From Octopus sinensis (taxonomy: Eukaryota): DNA of 64,000 nucleotides. Under the pieces are notes generated by a model, which was not told the origin of the DNA, searched no databases, and was given only the letters and a program-made list of their open reading frames with translations. The position numbers and the translations under genes are program-made. Numbering within the stretch: the first letter of the stretch is position 1; each line of letters begins with the position of its first letter. Positions 39,476-53,098 of this stretch are shown in pieces. Where the stretch lies: NCBI RefSeq assembly GCF_006345805.1, contig NC_043014.1:43524001-43588000 (forward strand), written 5' to 3'.

Positions 39476-40392
39476 GCCTTGCTTTGCAAATATCTTCTGC
39501 TGCAGCCTCCAGGCTGACCAATGCCTTGTGAGTGAATTTAGTATATGGATACTGCATAGAAACCCATTGTATAGATGTAGATATCTTTGTATTTGTTCAC
39601 TCCACCACACTACTTGACAGCCACTGTTGGTTTGTTTACATCCACGTAGCTTAGCTGTTTGGCTTAACAGACTGACAAAATATGTATCAGTCTTTTAAGT
39701 CCTGGGAGTGATTTGCTTGACTAAACCCTTTAAGGTAGTGCCCCAGCATGGCCAATGACTGAAACAAATAAAAAATTATATCAGGGAGTATCTTATGTAA
39801 AGTGAACTTTGTTTATTGCATGATAGTGAATTGAGATTTAAGCAGGGGTTTGGTTGCCATTTCTAACAAGCCAAGTGACAAAACAGGTGTGTGTATAAGA
39901 AGAATTGTTGCAACCCTACTCACCCTACTCACGTATTTTTTTTTTTTATTTGGTTTGCAAGCTTCTTGATGTGAATTCATGTGTTCGAACAAATCTTGTG
40001 TCTAGGGAGGGTCATTCAACCAATAAAAATTTAAATAAACACTCACTGGTTCAATACCTTTTCATTATATTACCAACTAACAATACAATGGTTTATATTT
40101 GCTTAATATGTTGATTGAGCAATCAATCGGTTGTTAGTTTACTCTGAGTCCTTTTTTTCGCTATTCATGGCCTTCATCAGTGACATGCCCTCGCTCTTCA
40201 AGGTCCACTTTGAGTCTGTCTGAGAACTGGTTTTATGTGTGTCTGTGTGTATTCAGTTGTTTTTTGAATGCATTTGCATCTGTGTGTATGTTTGCCTTTG
40301 GTGTGTGTGTGTGTGTGTGTGAGGGGGTGTAGCACTTTTTTAATAAATGTCTGTATATGTTTGCATCTGTGCATATTTGTATGTGTGTGTGT

Positions 40393-40779
40393 GGAGGCGC
40401 AATGACCCAGTGGTTTGGGCAGCGGACTTGCGGTCGTAGGATCGCGGTTTCGATTCCCAGACCGGGCGTTGTGAGTGTTTATTGAGCGAAAACACCTAAA
40501 AAGCTCCACGAGGCTCCGGCAGGGGATGGTGGTGATCCCTGCTGTACTCTTTCACTACAACTTTTCTCACTCACTCTTACTTCCCGTTTCGTTGTACCTG
40601 TATTTCAAGGGCTGGCCTTGTCACTCTCTGTGTCACGCTGAATATCCCCGAGAACTACGTTAAGGGTGCACGTGTCTGTGGAGTGCTCAGCCACTTACAC
40701 GTTAATTTCACGAGCAGGCTGTTCCGTTGATCGGATCAACCGGAACCCTCGTCGTCGTAACCGACGGAGTGCTTCCATC

Positions 40780-40781
<2 letters not shown>
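40393..40781 (+). mobile_element. SINE group OR, tail type 1
   Basis: A box TGACCCAGTGG and B box GGTTTCGATTCCC. Matches the rc of 3541-3899 and sits between (TG)n tracts. Confidence 0.9.
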
Positions 40782-40830
<49 letters not shown>

Positions 40831-41200
40831 TGTGTGTATGTCTGTGTGTGTGTTCCTGTGTGTGTACGTTTTTGTGTTTATGCATGTGTGTGGATGTGTA
40901 TGGTTGCGTACTGGAATTGTTCATAATTGCATGAACAATTTATCATTTATTAAAGCTTTACTCATGTGATTATAAAGTAACAGAATAATTAATTCTCTAC
41001 ATCATATCTTTGATTGCATTCCCAATTTGATTGTTTATTTCTTTGTGATTGTTGATGTTTATGATTGTTTATATGTTTATGTAAAGATAAAACTAATAGT
41101 CATCAACTCTCAGGCTAGTAGAAGTGACAAGCGTGTAATATATACTTTCCAACGATGTACTATTTTGACCCTTATTGATATCAACCCGGCTGAAACTGCC

Positions 41201-41407
41201 TCTTACTCTTTTACTTGTTTCAGTAAGTTGACTGTGGCCATGCTGGAGCATCGCCTTTAGTCAAACAAATCGACCCCAGGTCTTATTCTTTGTAAGCCTA
41301 GTACTTATTCTATTGGTCTCTTTTGCCGAACCGCTAAGTTACAGGGACGTAAACACACCAGCATCGGTTGTCAAGCAATATTGCGGGGACAAACATATAT
41401 ACACACG

Positions 41408-41481
<74 letters not shown>

Positions 41482-41647
41482 GTGTGTACGATGGGCTTCT
41501 TTCAGTTTCCTTCTACCAAATCCACTCAAGGCTTCAGTCGGCCCAAGGCTATAGAAGAAGACACTTGCCCAGGTGCCACGCAGTGGGGCTGAACCTGGAA
41601 CCATGCAGTTGGTAAGCAGCTACTTACCACACAGCCACTCCTCGCCT
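41201..41647 (-). mobile_element. SINE group A
   Basis: Reverse complement of the consensus with a long internal (TA)n. Confidence 0.88.
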
Positions 41648-41907
41648 ATTATTATTATTATATCATTACCATGCTGGGTGATATTATTATATCATTACCA
41701 TGCTTAGTGATATTTCGCTTATCTTTACATTCTGAGTTCAAATTCTGCCGAGGTCGACTTTGCCTTTCAGGGTCAATAAATTAAGGACCAGTGAAACACT
41801 GGGGCCAATGTAATTGACTAGTCTCTTCCCCCAAAATTCCAGGCCTTGTGCCTATAGTAGAAAAGACTATTATTATATACTACTACTACTACTACTACTA
41901 CTATTAC

Positions 41908-41942
<35 letters not shown>

Positions 41943-42078
41943 GTAATAGTAGTAGTAGTAGTAATAATAGTAATAATAATAAATATTCAGAGTTGGCAAA
42001 ATAAAGTGATGTTATTCTATCACAAGAGGGAGAGATTTGATATTTCGACAGAGCCCTTTGTCAGGTCCCTTTCAAAAT

Positions 42079-42121
<43 letters not shown>

Positions 42122-42269
42122 ACAGTAAAGCAATTTATACCACAATGTGAGCCTTTGACTATCCACAGCATGGTAACAATGATGATGATGACAACCATCA
42201 TCATCATCATCATTGTCGTAGTCCTTGACACCATCGCTGAAGCTGCTCAGTTTTGTATATATATATATA

Positions 42270-43104
42270 CTAGCAGAATTGCCCGGCGTTGCTCGAGGCT
42301 GAATTGCTTGAAAGTACTGTTAATGATTGCACTGAATTATGATGATTATCAGGCAAATATTGAAATAAGCTTACGGTGGGAGATAAGGACTTAACGCCAA
42401 ACGTGTGCCATTGCATTGTTTGGGGAACCAAATTCTGATGAGCATTATAGGGGCACTAACTTTAAGTTTGAGAAAGTGTGGTGGTAGTCCGGGGTGCTCA
42501 AAGGAATTGAGTACCTCTATTGGATAGTTGATGACGTCCTCTGGGTCAGGAGTTGTATCGATAGACTGATATACATCGACTTCCCCAGGAATGAGTTTTA
42601 GCATTTCATCATTAATAGGTGAACAGTTTTATTCCTCGGGGCCAGTATAGCCTTTTTGCCAATCCAATCCATATTCTAATAATTAGCTTGTAAATCTGGG
42701 AACACTGCATCTCTGAGATCAGAAGGCGTCTTAACAATGGTACAAATGGAATCGATGGCAATATTACCATTTTCATCCCCTGGTATTTTGCCTTCGCCAA
42801 GTGCAAGGAGGGTGTGAGGAAATGCTGGTGAGTGATATTACGTCGCATATGAGCACGCATATTGGTGTGAAGTTTGAGAGTTACTTCCGTTTTTTTTAAA
42901 AATATGCATTAAAATGGAAAAAAATGATGGTAAATTATTTGTAAATCATAGACTCATCGTAGACGCGCGCTAATACCCAGAAGGGCTCAATATGAATCAC
43001 GACTATAAGATACCCGGTTTTGGTTAAATTGCATCGCAAAATGTGGGAGTAGTTAGGAATCTAAATCGGAGTAGACAGACACACAACCTTTCTTTTATAT
43101 ATAA
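42270..43104 (-). mobile_element. Internally deleted Helitron carrying Pif1-type helicase remnants
   Basis: 3' end CGAGCAACGCCGGGC..CTAG|T at 42270. 5' portion ends in TATATA at ~43104. Confidence 0.85.
42371..42865 (-). pseudogene. Helitron RepHel helicase (Pif1 family) fragment with frameshifts
   Basis: TNMRAH; LGEGKIPGDENGNIAIDSIC..VFPDL..AILAPRNKTV; NYPIEVLNSFEHPGLPPHFLKLKVSAPIMLIR..CNGTRL. These are typical Helitron helicase motifs. Confidence 0.88.
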
Positions 43105-43169
43105 ATACATACATACACACACACATACACACACCCACACACACACACATACATGCATACATACATATA

Positions 43170-43753
43170 CACATAAACCGAGTAAAAATTTCAGTTATCT
43201 CTCTCTTTCACACATTACTCTCTCTGTCTCTTCACCACACTAACAGAAGCACTTCACTACACAACATACTGTCTGTCCCCACACTCCATCAACACACCAC
43301 ACACCCACATGTACATCAATGAGTCCCATGCACGGTAACTTCAAAGGAACTTCCCTCGTCATACAATCGCTTTCTCTTAGTCTCTTTCGCTCTCATTACT
43401 TATGTAAAAAATAAAAGTTTTTTCTATGTGTGTAAAGAGGAAGTGGGAGGCAGAGTGAAAGAATCACTCACTACAGTAAGTGAATTACTTTCATTTTATT
43501 CCTTGCCCACTGTGTGTGTGCGTTTGCGTGTGGTGTAAACCAGACTAAGAAAAGCATTTGACACACACACCAGAATGTGAGTTTTCTGTAAATTTTGCTT
43601 AATTGGAGTTTAAATTTTAAAAACTGGACCTGGCATGACGCGATGCATTGTACTCTCAAAAATGCTAGGTAAATTGTAATTGAAGAAATCCTATATTGTA
43701 GATTTGTATAACTCCCAAAGGGAGGCAGATAAAATCTGCCTTTTATAATAAGA
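43170..43753 (-). mobile_element. Non-autonomous Helitron 5' portion
   Basis: Minus-strand start A|TCTTATTATAAAAGGCAG at 43753. No CTAG terminus seen before the (CA)n tract. Family recalled from memory. Confidence 0.55.
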
Positions 43754-44590
43754 TATATATATATATATATATAATATATATATATATATAATATATATAT
43801 ATATCCTGAGGTGTTCTACACTTCTAAGTTATGAGGCAGGGAGAAGTAGTCTAGATGTTTGAAATTGCATGTATGCACACCCCCCCCAATTAAATGATCA
43901 TCTCCTCCTCATAAGTGTAATTACAATTAATTAAAAAAATTGCTTTGCTTACAACATTAAGTATGGTTAACACAGAGATCTTACATTTGTGCTTTCATGC
44001 AGAGCATGTCCCTGGGTATTTCATCCCTCTGCCTTTACTCTTTACATAGGGTTCTAATAAAACAAATGTTAAGGAATTAGTTTTAGCTGCTTAAAGGTCA
44101 GCACATTCATCGTTGTTGTTTTTAATAATTTTAATTGAACTCAGCCACTGCCCACCAACCGATGTTCAAAGAGTTTTTCTTACGTTTTGATTACACTTTG
44201 ATACTATCCTGCAAGGAAATTAGTTCATTAATTAACTAATTAGTACCTGGTGTGCGTGTGTCTGTGTCAAAGACGGTGTTTTATGTAAGCAGAGAACCAC
44301 GTGGAGCCTTGGTGTCAGCTGTGATTATGGTGCTCACTTTATGGTGAAGCTTGTTGTGTCAGAAACCTTATCGGTTTGTGAGCCAATGTAAAAATATACT
44401 GGAGATATATGGAATCGTGTCAGAAGTCTGTCTCCATGCCTGTGTACGTGTGTGTGTTCTGTGAGTAAACATCATTTGCTTATTTGGTTCAGTCATCTGA
44501 CTGCGACGATGATTACCTACGTACCAATGGTTTCACTTGTTTAATATCTATGTATCCAAACACGCAGATATCTGCAAGATCGTCAGCATA

Positions 44591-44972
44591 GGCGCAGGAG
44601 TGGCTGTGTGGTAAGTAGCTTGTTTACCAAACACATGGTTCCGGATTCAGTCCCACTGCGTGGCACCTTAGCCTTGGGCCGACCAAAGCCTTGTGAGTGG
44701 ATTTGGTAGACGGAAACTGAAAGAAGCCCGTCGTATATATGTATATATATATATGTATGTGTGTGTGTGTTTGTGTGTCTGTGTTTGTCCCCCTAGCATT
44801 GCTTGACAACCAATGCTGGTGTGTTTATGTCCCCGTTACTTAGCGGTTAGGCAAAAGAGACCGATAGAATAAGTACTAGGCTTACAAAAGAATAAGTCCT
44901 GGGGTCGAGTTGCTCGATTAAAGGCGGTGCTCCAGCATGGTCGCAGTCAAATGACTGAAACAAGTAAAAGAG
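44591..44972 (+). mobile_element. SINE group A, full length with a small internal deletion
   Basis: Runs from GGCGCAGGAGTGGCTGTGTGG to AAAAGAGT. Confidence 0.9.
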
Positions 44973-45795
44973 TATAGTCTGTCACTTACAAAACAATTTC
45001 CAGGACTAGATACAGAACGCTCAACCGAAATTGAGCATGTATAAAGTTCTACAAATTATATTCGGGTGTAATTTACAAATGTCTTCACTTTGGTGCACTG
45101 AGGCCAGAAATTTCAGCAGCCAATTTATGGTGATTTGATGTCTATGTTTAGCATATTAGGTGTCCACTTTAGTGGTCATTCCTCTTAAATTTGTACATAT
45201 ATATATATGTATATACGATGGGTTCCTTTCAGTTTCCATCTATCATATCCACTCACAGGGCTTTGGTTGGCCTGAGGCTATAGTAGAAGACACTTGCCCA
45301 AGGTGTCACGCAGTGGGACTGAACCCAGAACTGTGTGGTTGGGAATAAAGCTTCTTACTATATAGCCACACGTTATGTTTTTGCAGGCAGTGCTTGGGTT
45401 GGATATCTTTCCATTTAGGATTTTATGAACCCTGTGTTGACCCTTTTGATGCCAAACCATCTGAGACTGCCCCTGGGTGAATGATACCTACCTACTTCCT
45501 ATTTTAACCGTTTGGCCTTGAGATGATTCTGTCGAATATGATGCTCATTCAATCACATTGTTTTGAATGAATCAAGCATCATCTTTTAGCTTCCAGCCTT
45601 TGATGATGTGGTTGTTTACTTTTGGAATGATATTACAGGGTAGGTGTGACAGACCAGATCTGACTGGTTTAAGTAAAAATCAGGTAGAAAATTTTGGCAT
45701 GATTATTGTCGGTTTAAATGCCAAAGGGTTAAATTTGACTAAATTAAAACCTTCCGTCAAAATTTCATGTCAATCATCTTCCAAACACCAACTGT

Positions 45796-46172
45796 CATCA
45801 TCATCATCATCATCATCATCGTTTAACATCCGCTTTCCATGCTAGCATGGATTGGACGATTTGACTGAGGTCTGGTGGACTAGATGGCTACACCAGTCTC
45901 CAATCTTGATCTGGCAGAGTTTCTACAGTTGGATGCCCTTCCTTACACCAATCACTCCAAGAGTGTAGTGGGTGCTTTTACGTGCAACCGGCATGGGGCC
46001 AGTCAGGCGGTACTGGCGATGACCTCGCTCGAATCTTTTACACATGCCACCGGCACAGGTGCCAGTAAGGCGATGCTGGTAACAATCATGCTCGAATGGT
46101 GTCTTGTAAACATGACTGGTGTCATGTAAACAAACCAGTGGCATGTTTACATGCCACCGGTACGGAGGCCAG
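45796..46172 (-). mobile_element. RTE LINE 3' UTR fragment
   Basis: CATCAT tail and conserved terminus. Confidence 0.8.
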
Positions 46173-47266
46173 TATAATGGTAAAATCATTTTATTAAATT
46201 CTTCGTTATTTTTAAAACTGATTGCAATAAAGAAGGTAGTGTATTCCATGAGGAATATGGTAACATGAGTTAAGTGAGTTACAAAGCTTGAAGAAGATGC
46301 CAGCAAGTGTGTGTTGTGTTGTTGTAAGTTTGTATTGTATGTCGATGTATGCTGTGGTGTGTTGAGAGGTTGCAGAAGTATTAAGACTGGTCCATCTGGT
46401 GGTGAAAAGCACTTGTGACAGTGCTATGTAGAAGCACCTGTGTGGTGTCACATAAAAGTGCGTGTGTGGTATTGTCACTTAAAAGAGCCGAAGCAGTGCC
46501 ATGTAAAAGCACCCAGTACACTCTGTGAAGTGATTGGCATTAGAAAGGGCATCCAGCTGTAGAGACCATGCCAGCTCTGGTGGTCAAGCCATCCAGCCCA
46601 TGCCAGCATGGACAAAAGATATTAGATGATGACGACGGCGATGGTGGTGGTGGTGGTGGTGGTGGTGGTAGTGGTGTGTGTTGCTGTAGGTGCATCTGTG
46701 AGTTGTGGTCAGTTTCTGTGTCTAAATGTGTTGCTATAGATGTGTATGTGTGTGTTGTGGTAGGTTTGTATGTTTGTGCGTATGTGTGTGTGTGTGTGGT
46801 GCATTAAATGTATATCTGTATATGTTGTAGTAGGTGTTTACATATCTGTGTTTTACTAGGTGTGTGTGTGTGTGTGTATGTGTGTGCCTTTGTGTGTTGC
46901 AGTATATGTATGGTGTGTGTGTGTGTGTGTGTGTATGTATGTGCCTTTGCATGTTGCAGTATATGTGTGTGTGCGTATGAGTGTATATCTGTATGTAGGT
47001 GTGCAGTAGATATATATACACCTGTTTTGCATTAAGGAGTGTGCGCATACAAATACACCTGTGTGTGTGTATGTGTGTATGTATGTGCATGTGTGCCTTT
47101 GTGTATTGCAGTAGCTTTGTGTACGTATGTGTGTGTGTGTGTGTGCCTTTACGTGTTATGTAGGTTTCTGTGTCTGTTGCAGTGATGTGCTTGAATGTGT
47201 TACGTATGCATTAAATGCATGTAATGTAGGTGTGTGTCTTGTGTTGCATTAAGCCTCTGCACATAT

Positions 47267-47491
47267 GTTTCTTTATTGCCCACAAGGGGCTAAACATAGA
47301 GAGGACAAACAAAGGGATTAAGTCGATTACATCGACCCCAGTGTGAAACTGGTACTTTTATTTATCGACACCCCGAAAGGATGAAAGGCAAAGTCGACCT
47401 CGGCGGAATTTGAACTCAGAACATAACGACAGACGAAATACCACTAAGCATTCCGCCTGGAGTGCTAACGTGTCTGCCAGCTCGCCGCCTT
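47267..47491 (-). mobile_element. SINE group B monomer
   Basis: Head plus one unit, directly adjacent to a group A copy. Confidence 0.85.
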
Positions 47492-47492
47492 A

Positions 47493-47699
47493 TACTCTCT
47501 ACACTTTTACTTGTTTCAGTCATTTGACTGCGGCCATGCTGGAGCACCGCCTTTAGTCGATCAAATCAACCCCGGGGCTTATTCTTCGTAAGCCCAGTAC
47601 TTATTCTATCGGTCTCTTTTGCCGAACCGCTAAGTGACGGGGACGTAAACACACCAGCATCGGTTGTCAAGCAATGCTAGGGGGACAAACACAGACACA

Positions 47700-47753
<54 letters not shown>

Positions 47754-47925
47754 CATATATACGACAGGCTTCTTTCAGTTTCCGTCTACCAAATCCACTC
47801 ACAAAGCATTGGTCGGCCCGGGGCTATAGCAGAAGACACTTGCCCAAGGTGCCATGCAGTGGGACTGAACCCGCAACCATGTGGTTGGTCAGCAAGCTAC
47901 TTACCACACAGCCACTCCTGCGCCT
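47493..47925 (-). mobile_element. SINE group A, full length
   Basis: Reverse complement of the consensus. Confidence 0.9.
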
Positions 47926-48513
47926 ATATGCATATATGCGTTATAGATGTACTGTCTGTCTGTCTGTCTGTCTGTCCGTCTATATATGTCAGCTGGTGGA
48001 CAGCAGCGTAGAATGTAATTCTGGTAACCAGAATTTAAAGCCATATCTGTGTGTGTGTTTGTGTCTTTTTTTTTTTTATAACTTCCCATTTATGTAAGTT
48101 GTCTTGACAGGGGGAAGTAGCATTTAAAAATACATCCCATTGAATCAGTAATTTGAGCTTTAATCACTGCTCTCTCTCTTTTTTTTTTTTACCTCTTCCT
48201 TTGTTACTATCTCTCTCTCTCTCTCTCTCACTCTCTCTCTGTTTACCTCACTTGCCCTCTCTTTTTTCCTTTTCTCTCTCGCTATGACAACTACATCAAG
48301 TGAAAAGTATAGTTATCACTAAATGATAGTCACCGTCATTTAACATCATGTCAGGAATCATCTTTGTCATTGCCAGTATCATCATCACCACCATCATCAT
48401 CATCATCATCATCATCGCACTTGTCTGCATATCTTCCTGTTTATATCACACTCTCACACACACATACGCACATAGTATTACATTCTCTTACTTGCATTCT
48501 TATGCATGCCTGT

Positions 48514-48551
<38 letters not shown>

Positions 48552-49008
48552 CACACACACATGTAGACACATACTCTTCTATAAATAAGTGGAGAGTCAC
48601 AGCACCTGTTGAACTCTATCCCCCTCTCTCCCCGGAGCCTACCTTATTTGTTGCCTCTATTATTCTGCCACCAACCGAGCATGCAGGAAGCATCTAATGT
48701 GGTTGATTGACCCTCCAGAAACAGCAGCCAAGTTTCCCTCGGATTACTCTTATACTATTTTAAAGGAAGAAAGGATTACATTGGGTACTGTAGGCTTAGA
48801 TAGGCCTAAAAATGGCAAGATGGCCATGGCAGAAATGATTTTGATCATAGAGCTGCTCGTTGAGGGCTGACCTAGGGCTAAACACCAGTGCTTATCAAAT
48901 AGGTGAGGGTGGTATGTCTACCTTACTTCAACAGTGGATCTTTTTCTTGTTAGTTAGTCAGGGAAAGGGAATTCAGAATCTTTGGAAGCTGTCTCAGACT
49001 GGGGTTAA

Positions 49009-49348
49009 CCCTTTCATTACTGAATTTATTTAGAGATACTCTGTGTTTCTTTGAATTACTTTAAATATAACAAAGAATTTAGTAAAATAACTTCGTTATC
49101 ATTAAGCTAGTGTTAGGAACATAAATTGTGACTAAGATTTGGTGGAAGATTTTAATTCAGAACTTATGAAAACAAGGAGTGGCTGTGTGGTAAGTAGCTT
49201 GCTAACCAGCCACATGTTTGGGGGTTCAGTCCCACTGTGTGGCGTCTTGGGCAAGTGTCTTCTGCTATAGCACCGGGCCGACCAATGCCTTGTGAGTGGA
49301 TTTGGTAGACGAAACTGAAAGAAGCCTGTCGTATATATGTTATGTATG

Positions 49349-49411
<63 letters not shown>

Positions 49412-49667
49412 ATGTGTTTGTGCATCTGTGTTTGTCCCCCTAGCATTGCTTGACAACCGATGCTGGTGTGTTTACGTCCCCGTCACCTAGCGGTTCGGCA
49501 AAAGAGACCGACAGAATAAGTACTGGGCTTACAAAGAATAAGTCTTGGGGTCGATTAGCTCGACTAAAGGCGGTGCTCCAGCATGGCCGCAGTTAAATGA
49601 CTGAAACAAGTAAAAGAGTTATATTAAAGATCCAGAACCGGTTTCAGCCGGGTTGGTAACGAAAGGG
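49009..49667. mobile_element. piggyBac-type MITE containing a group A SINE (49176-49619)
   Basis: TTAA|CCCTTTC ... GAAAGGG|TTAA. Confidence 0.8.
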
Positions 49668-49689
49668 TTAATGTAGCTGATGATTCTAT

Positions 49690-49860
49690 GCACCCATGAG
49701 ATAGAGAGAACAGGAAGCCAGATATTGTGTTAATTGAGAAATAATGCAAATGATGCTGGATCATAGATACATCAAGCCCAGCTGACAACAAGGTATACAA
49801 TAAGGACGAAAGAAAAGTTGATAGATATGACAGGTTAGTTTGGGAGATTAAGCAGTTTAG
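49690..49860 (+). pseudogene. R4/Dong-like LINE restriction-like endonuclease fragment
   Basis: RKPDIVLIEK..CWIIDTSSPADNKVYNKDERKVDRY. Homologous to 53335-53673. Confidence 0.7.
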
Positions 49861-49906
49861 GGTATCATCATCATCGTTATTGTCATTGTTTTTGTTGTTG
49901 CTTTAA

Positions 49907-50127
49907 CCCTTTAGCATTTAAACTGGCCATATCCGGCCAAAAGTTTTCTGCCTGTTTTATGTTCAAACTGGCCAGATCTGGTCTCTCACACCAACCCTAC
50001 AATATCGTTTTAAAAATTAACAGCTACCTCATCAAAATCTCATAGCTACAAGATAATGCATGATTAGTTCAAAACAATGTGGATGAAGAAGCATTAATTT
50101 TGGCAGAATAATGCAAACACTAAAGGG
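49907..50127. mobile_element. piggyBac-type MITE (221 bp)
   Basis: TTAA|CCCTTTAG ... CTAAAGGG|TTAA. Close relative of 57137-57357. Confidence 0.88.
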
Positions 50128-50361
50128 TTAATGTCCATGTTTTCCATCCTTGCATGAGTTGGACAGAGTTTATTGAGGAAAATTTTGCGTTTAGAGTTCA
50201 ATGGCAAACCTGTACACCATGGATGCATTTGATAAGAGCTGTCCAAAACTGCTCACCACCACCACCACCACCACCAACATCCTCTTCCTCTAGTTGCTAT
50301 GGCATTCTTAACAAAGTAAAAAGTACAGGGATGGACATTTTTAACAAAAAATAAGTAAATA

Positions 50362-50768
50362 GGCGCAGGAGTGGCTGTGTGGTAAGTAGCTTGCTAACCA
50401 ACCACATGGTTCCGGGTTCAATCCCACTGTGTGGCATCTTGGGCAAGTGTCTTCTGCTATAGCCCCGGGCCGACCAATGCCTTGTGGATGGATTTGGTAG
50501 ACGGAAACTGAAAGAAGCCTGTCGTATATATATATATAATGTGTGTGTATATGTTTGTGTGTCTGTGTTTGTCCCCCTAGCATTGCTTGACAACCGATGC
50601 TGGTGTGTTTACGTCCCCGTCACTTAGCAGTTCGGCAAAAGAGACCGATAGAATAAGTACTGGGCTTACAAAAAGAATAAGTTCCGGGGTCGATTTGCTC
50701 GACTAAAGGCGGTGCTCCAGCATGGCCGCAGTCAAATGACTGAAACGAGTAAAAGAGAGTAAAAGAGT
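50362..50768 (+). mobile_element. SINE group A, full length
   Basis: Consensus head to tail. Confidence 0.9.
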
Positions 50769-51454
50769 AAGTACTGGGGTTGGTTCATTTGACTAGAATA
50801 TCTTTAAGGTGGTGCTCCAGAATGGCCACCATCCAATGACTGAAACAAATAAAGGCTAATAGATACTATTGTCTTTAACTACATGCTTCCTGTAAAGATC
50901 ATCATCATCATCATCATCATCATCATGTTTCACAATTGCTTTTCCATGCTGGCATGGGTTGGATGGGACATTCTGAGGTATTGTTTCACAGTCAGGTGTT
51001 CTTGACGTTTTGACCCTTTTAGCCACCTCTTAAGGTACACAAGGATACTGTGTACTCTATTCTAAAAATCAGGATACACACAATTCATTCATACCCTTCA
51101 TTCTACACACACACAACCAACCAAATCCATTCATTCACCTGATGTCCCTCCAGTCTCCCCCTTGCACTCTCTCTCTCTCACTCTCACTCTCACTCTCTCT
51201 ACCTCCTTTCCTCTCTCTTTCTTAAGGTATATTCTTTATTTCTGATACGGATTTCTTCGCTTGTTCCCAATAGCCTCTCTCACGCACACTGAACCAACTC
51301 TCATTTTCTTTTCTTTCTTGTGCAGTGACACACAGACACACTTCTATAAGTGCATATATACCCGCTGTCACCCTCCCCCCTCTCTCCTTGACAAATATTT
51401 TCTTAAATTCAATTTTTCTCACTTTCTTATAATGTTTTCTTATTCACCGTGCTA

Positions 51455-51657
51455 TATATGTATGTGTGTGTATATGTATGTATGCATGTATGTATGTATG
51501 TATGTATGTATGTGTGTATATATGTGTATGTATTTATGTATATATATATGCATGTATGTGTACATATGTATATATATATATGTATGTGTATGTGTGTATA
51601 TATGTATGTATGTATGTATGCATGTGTACATATATGTGTATGTATGTGTACATATAT

Positions 51658-51696
<39 letters not shown>

Positions 51697-52060
51697 GTGT
51701 GTGTGTGTATGTCTATGTATGTGTACATATGGATATATATATATATGTATGCATGTATGTGTACATATGTATATATATGTATGTGTATGTGTGTATATAT
51801 GTATGTATGTATGTATGCATGTGTACATATATGTGTATGTATGTGTACATATATGGATATATATATGTGTGTGTGTGTGTATGTATGTGTACATATGGAT
51901 ATACATATATATATATATGTATGTATGTATGTGTACATATATGTATATATATGTGTATATATATATGTGTATATGTATATATATATGTGTGTGTGTGTGT
52001 GTGTATATGTACATATATGAATATGTGTGTGTGTGTGTATATATATGTATGTGTGTTTAT
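51455..52060. repeat. Compound TA/TG/TATG microsatellite
   Basis: Directly visible; the source of several spurious long ORFs. Confidence 0.95.
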
Positions 52061-52366
52061 AGAAAAATTTTTGACATGACATCCATACAACCAAACATAC
52101 ACCACACACACACACACAACACACACACACATTCCCCCCCTATTTCTCCCATAAATATACCACAATCACCATCATGCACATACGCACATTCCCACATTCC
52201 GTACGGCTTTAAATACGCACGCATTTTCCAACCCCCCCTTTCCCCCTCTCCATTCCCCCCCATACTTTTTCCCACATATATTTACATACATAAAGTTCTT
52301 CCTGAAGGAGGAACACTGCTCCGCTCTTCTTCTTCTTCTTCTTCTTCCCCCACCTCTGTTTTACAG

Positions 52367-52412
52367 GACCGAGTTGCTCATGAAAGATGCATTAAATGTA
52401 ATTATGGAATTG
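52367..52412 (+). other. Putative micro-exon (46 nt)
   Basis: Long pyrimidine tract, TTTTACAG| acceptor and TTG|GTGAGA donor. Two frames are open (TELLMKDALNVIMEL; DRVAHERCIKCNYGI). Confidence 0.35.
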
Positions 52413-52718
52413 GTGAGATAGATTACACACGGCAACGGTACTCTGTCAACTAAAGAAATCGACTTAAAACAACAATAGAGAGACAGAAGAGAGAGAGAGA
52501 GAGAGAGGCCGGTAGCAGTGGCGGGGTGGGTGTTGAAGAACGGGGGGGTGGTGGGGAGCAGCGGGGGGTGGAGTGCGGGTGGGGTTGCGAAACTACAGAG
52601 GTGAGGTTTTAGTCGCTTAAGTATGTGGCATTGTGTACCAGTCATAATAAATTATTTAACAAAATATTGTTGACAGGTTAAAATAAAACTTCAAATCCTG
52701 TCCCACCACCACCACCAC

Positions 52719-52831
52719 CATAGATCTACAACGGCGGCGTATTAACCAAATCATCTTAGAATTACTACTAGTACTACAACCACCACCACCACCACAGATT
52801 TACAAAGGTGTATTAACCAAATCATCTTAGA

Positions 52832-52884
<53 letters not shown>

Positions 52885-52947
52885 CACAACCACCACCACT
52901 ACCACCACCACAGATTTACAAAGGTGTATTAACCAAATCATCTTAGA

Positions 52948-52979
<32 letters not shown>

Positions 52980-53066
52980 CACCACTACCACAACCACCAC
53001 CACTACCACAACCACCACCACCACCACCACAGATTTACAAAGGTGTATTAACCAAATCATCTTAGA

Positions 53067-53098
<32 letters not shown>

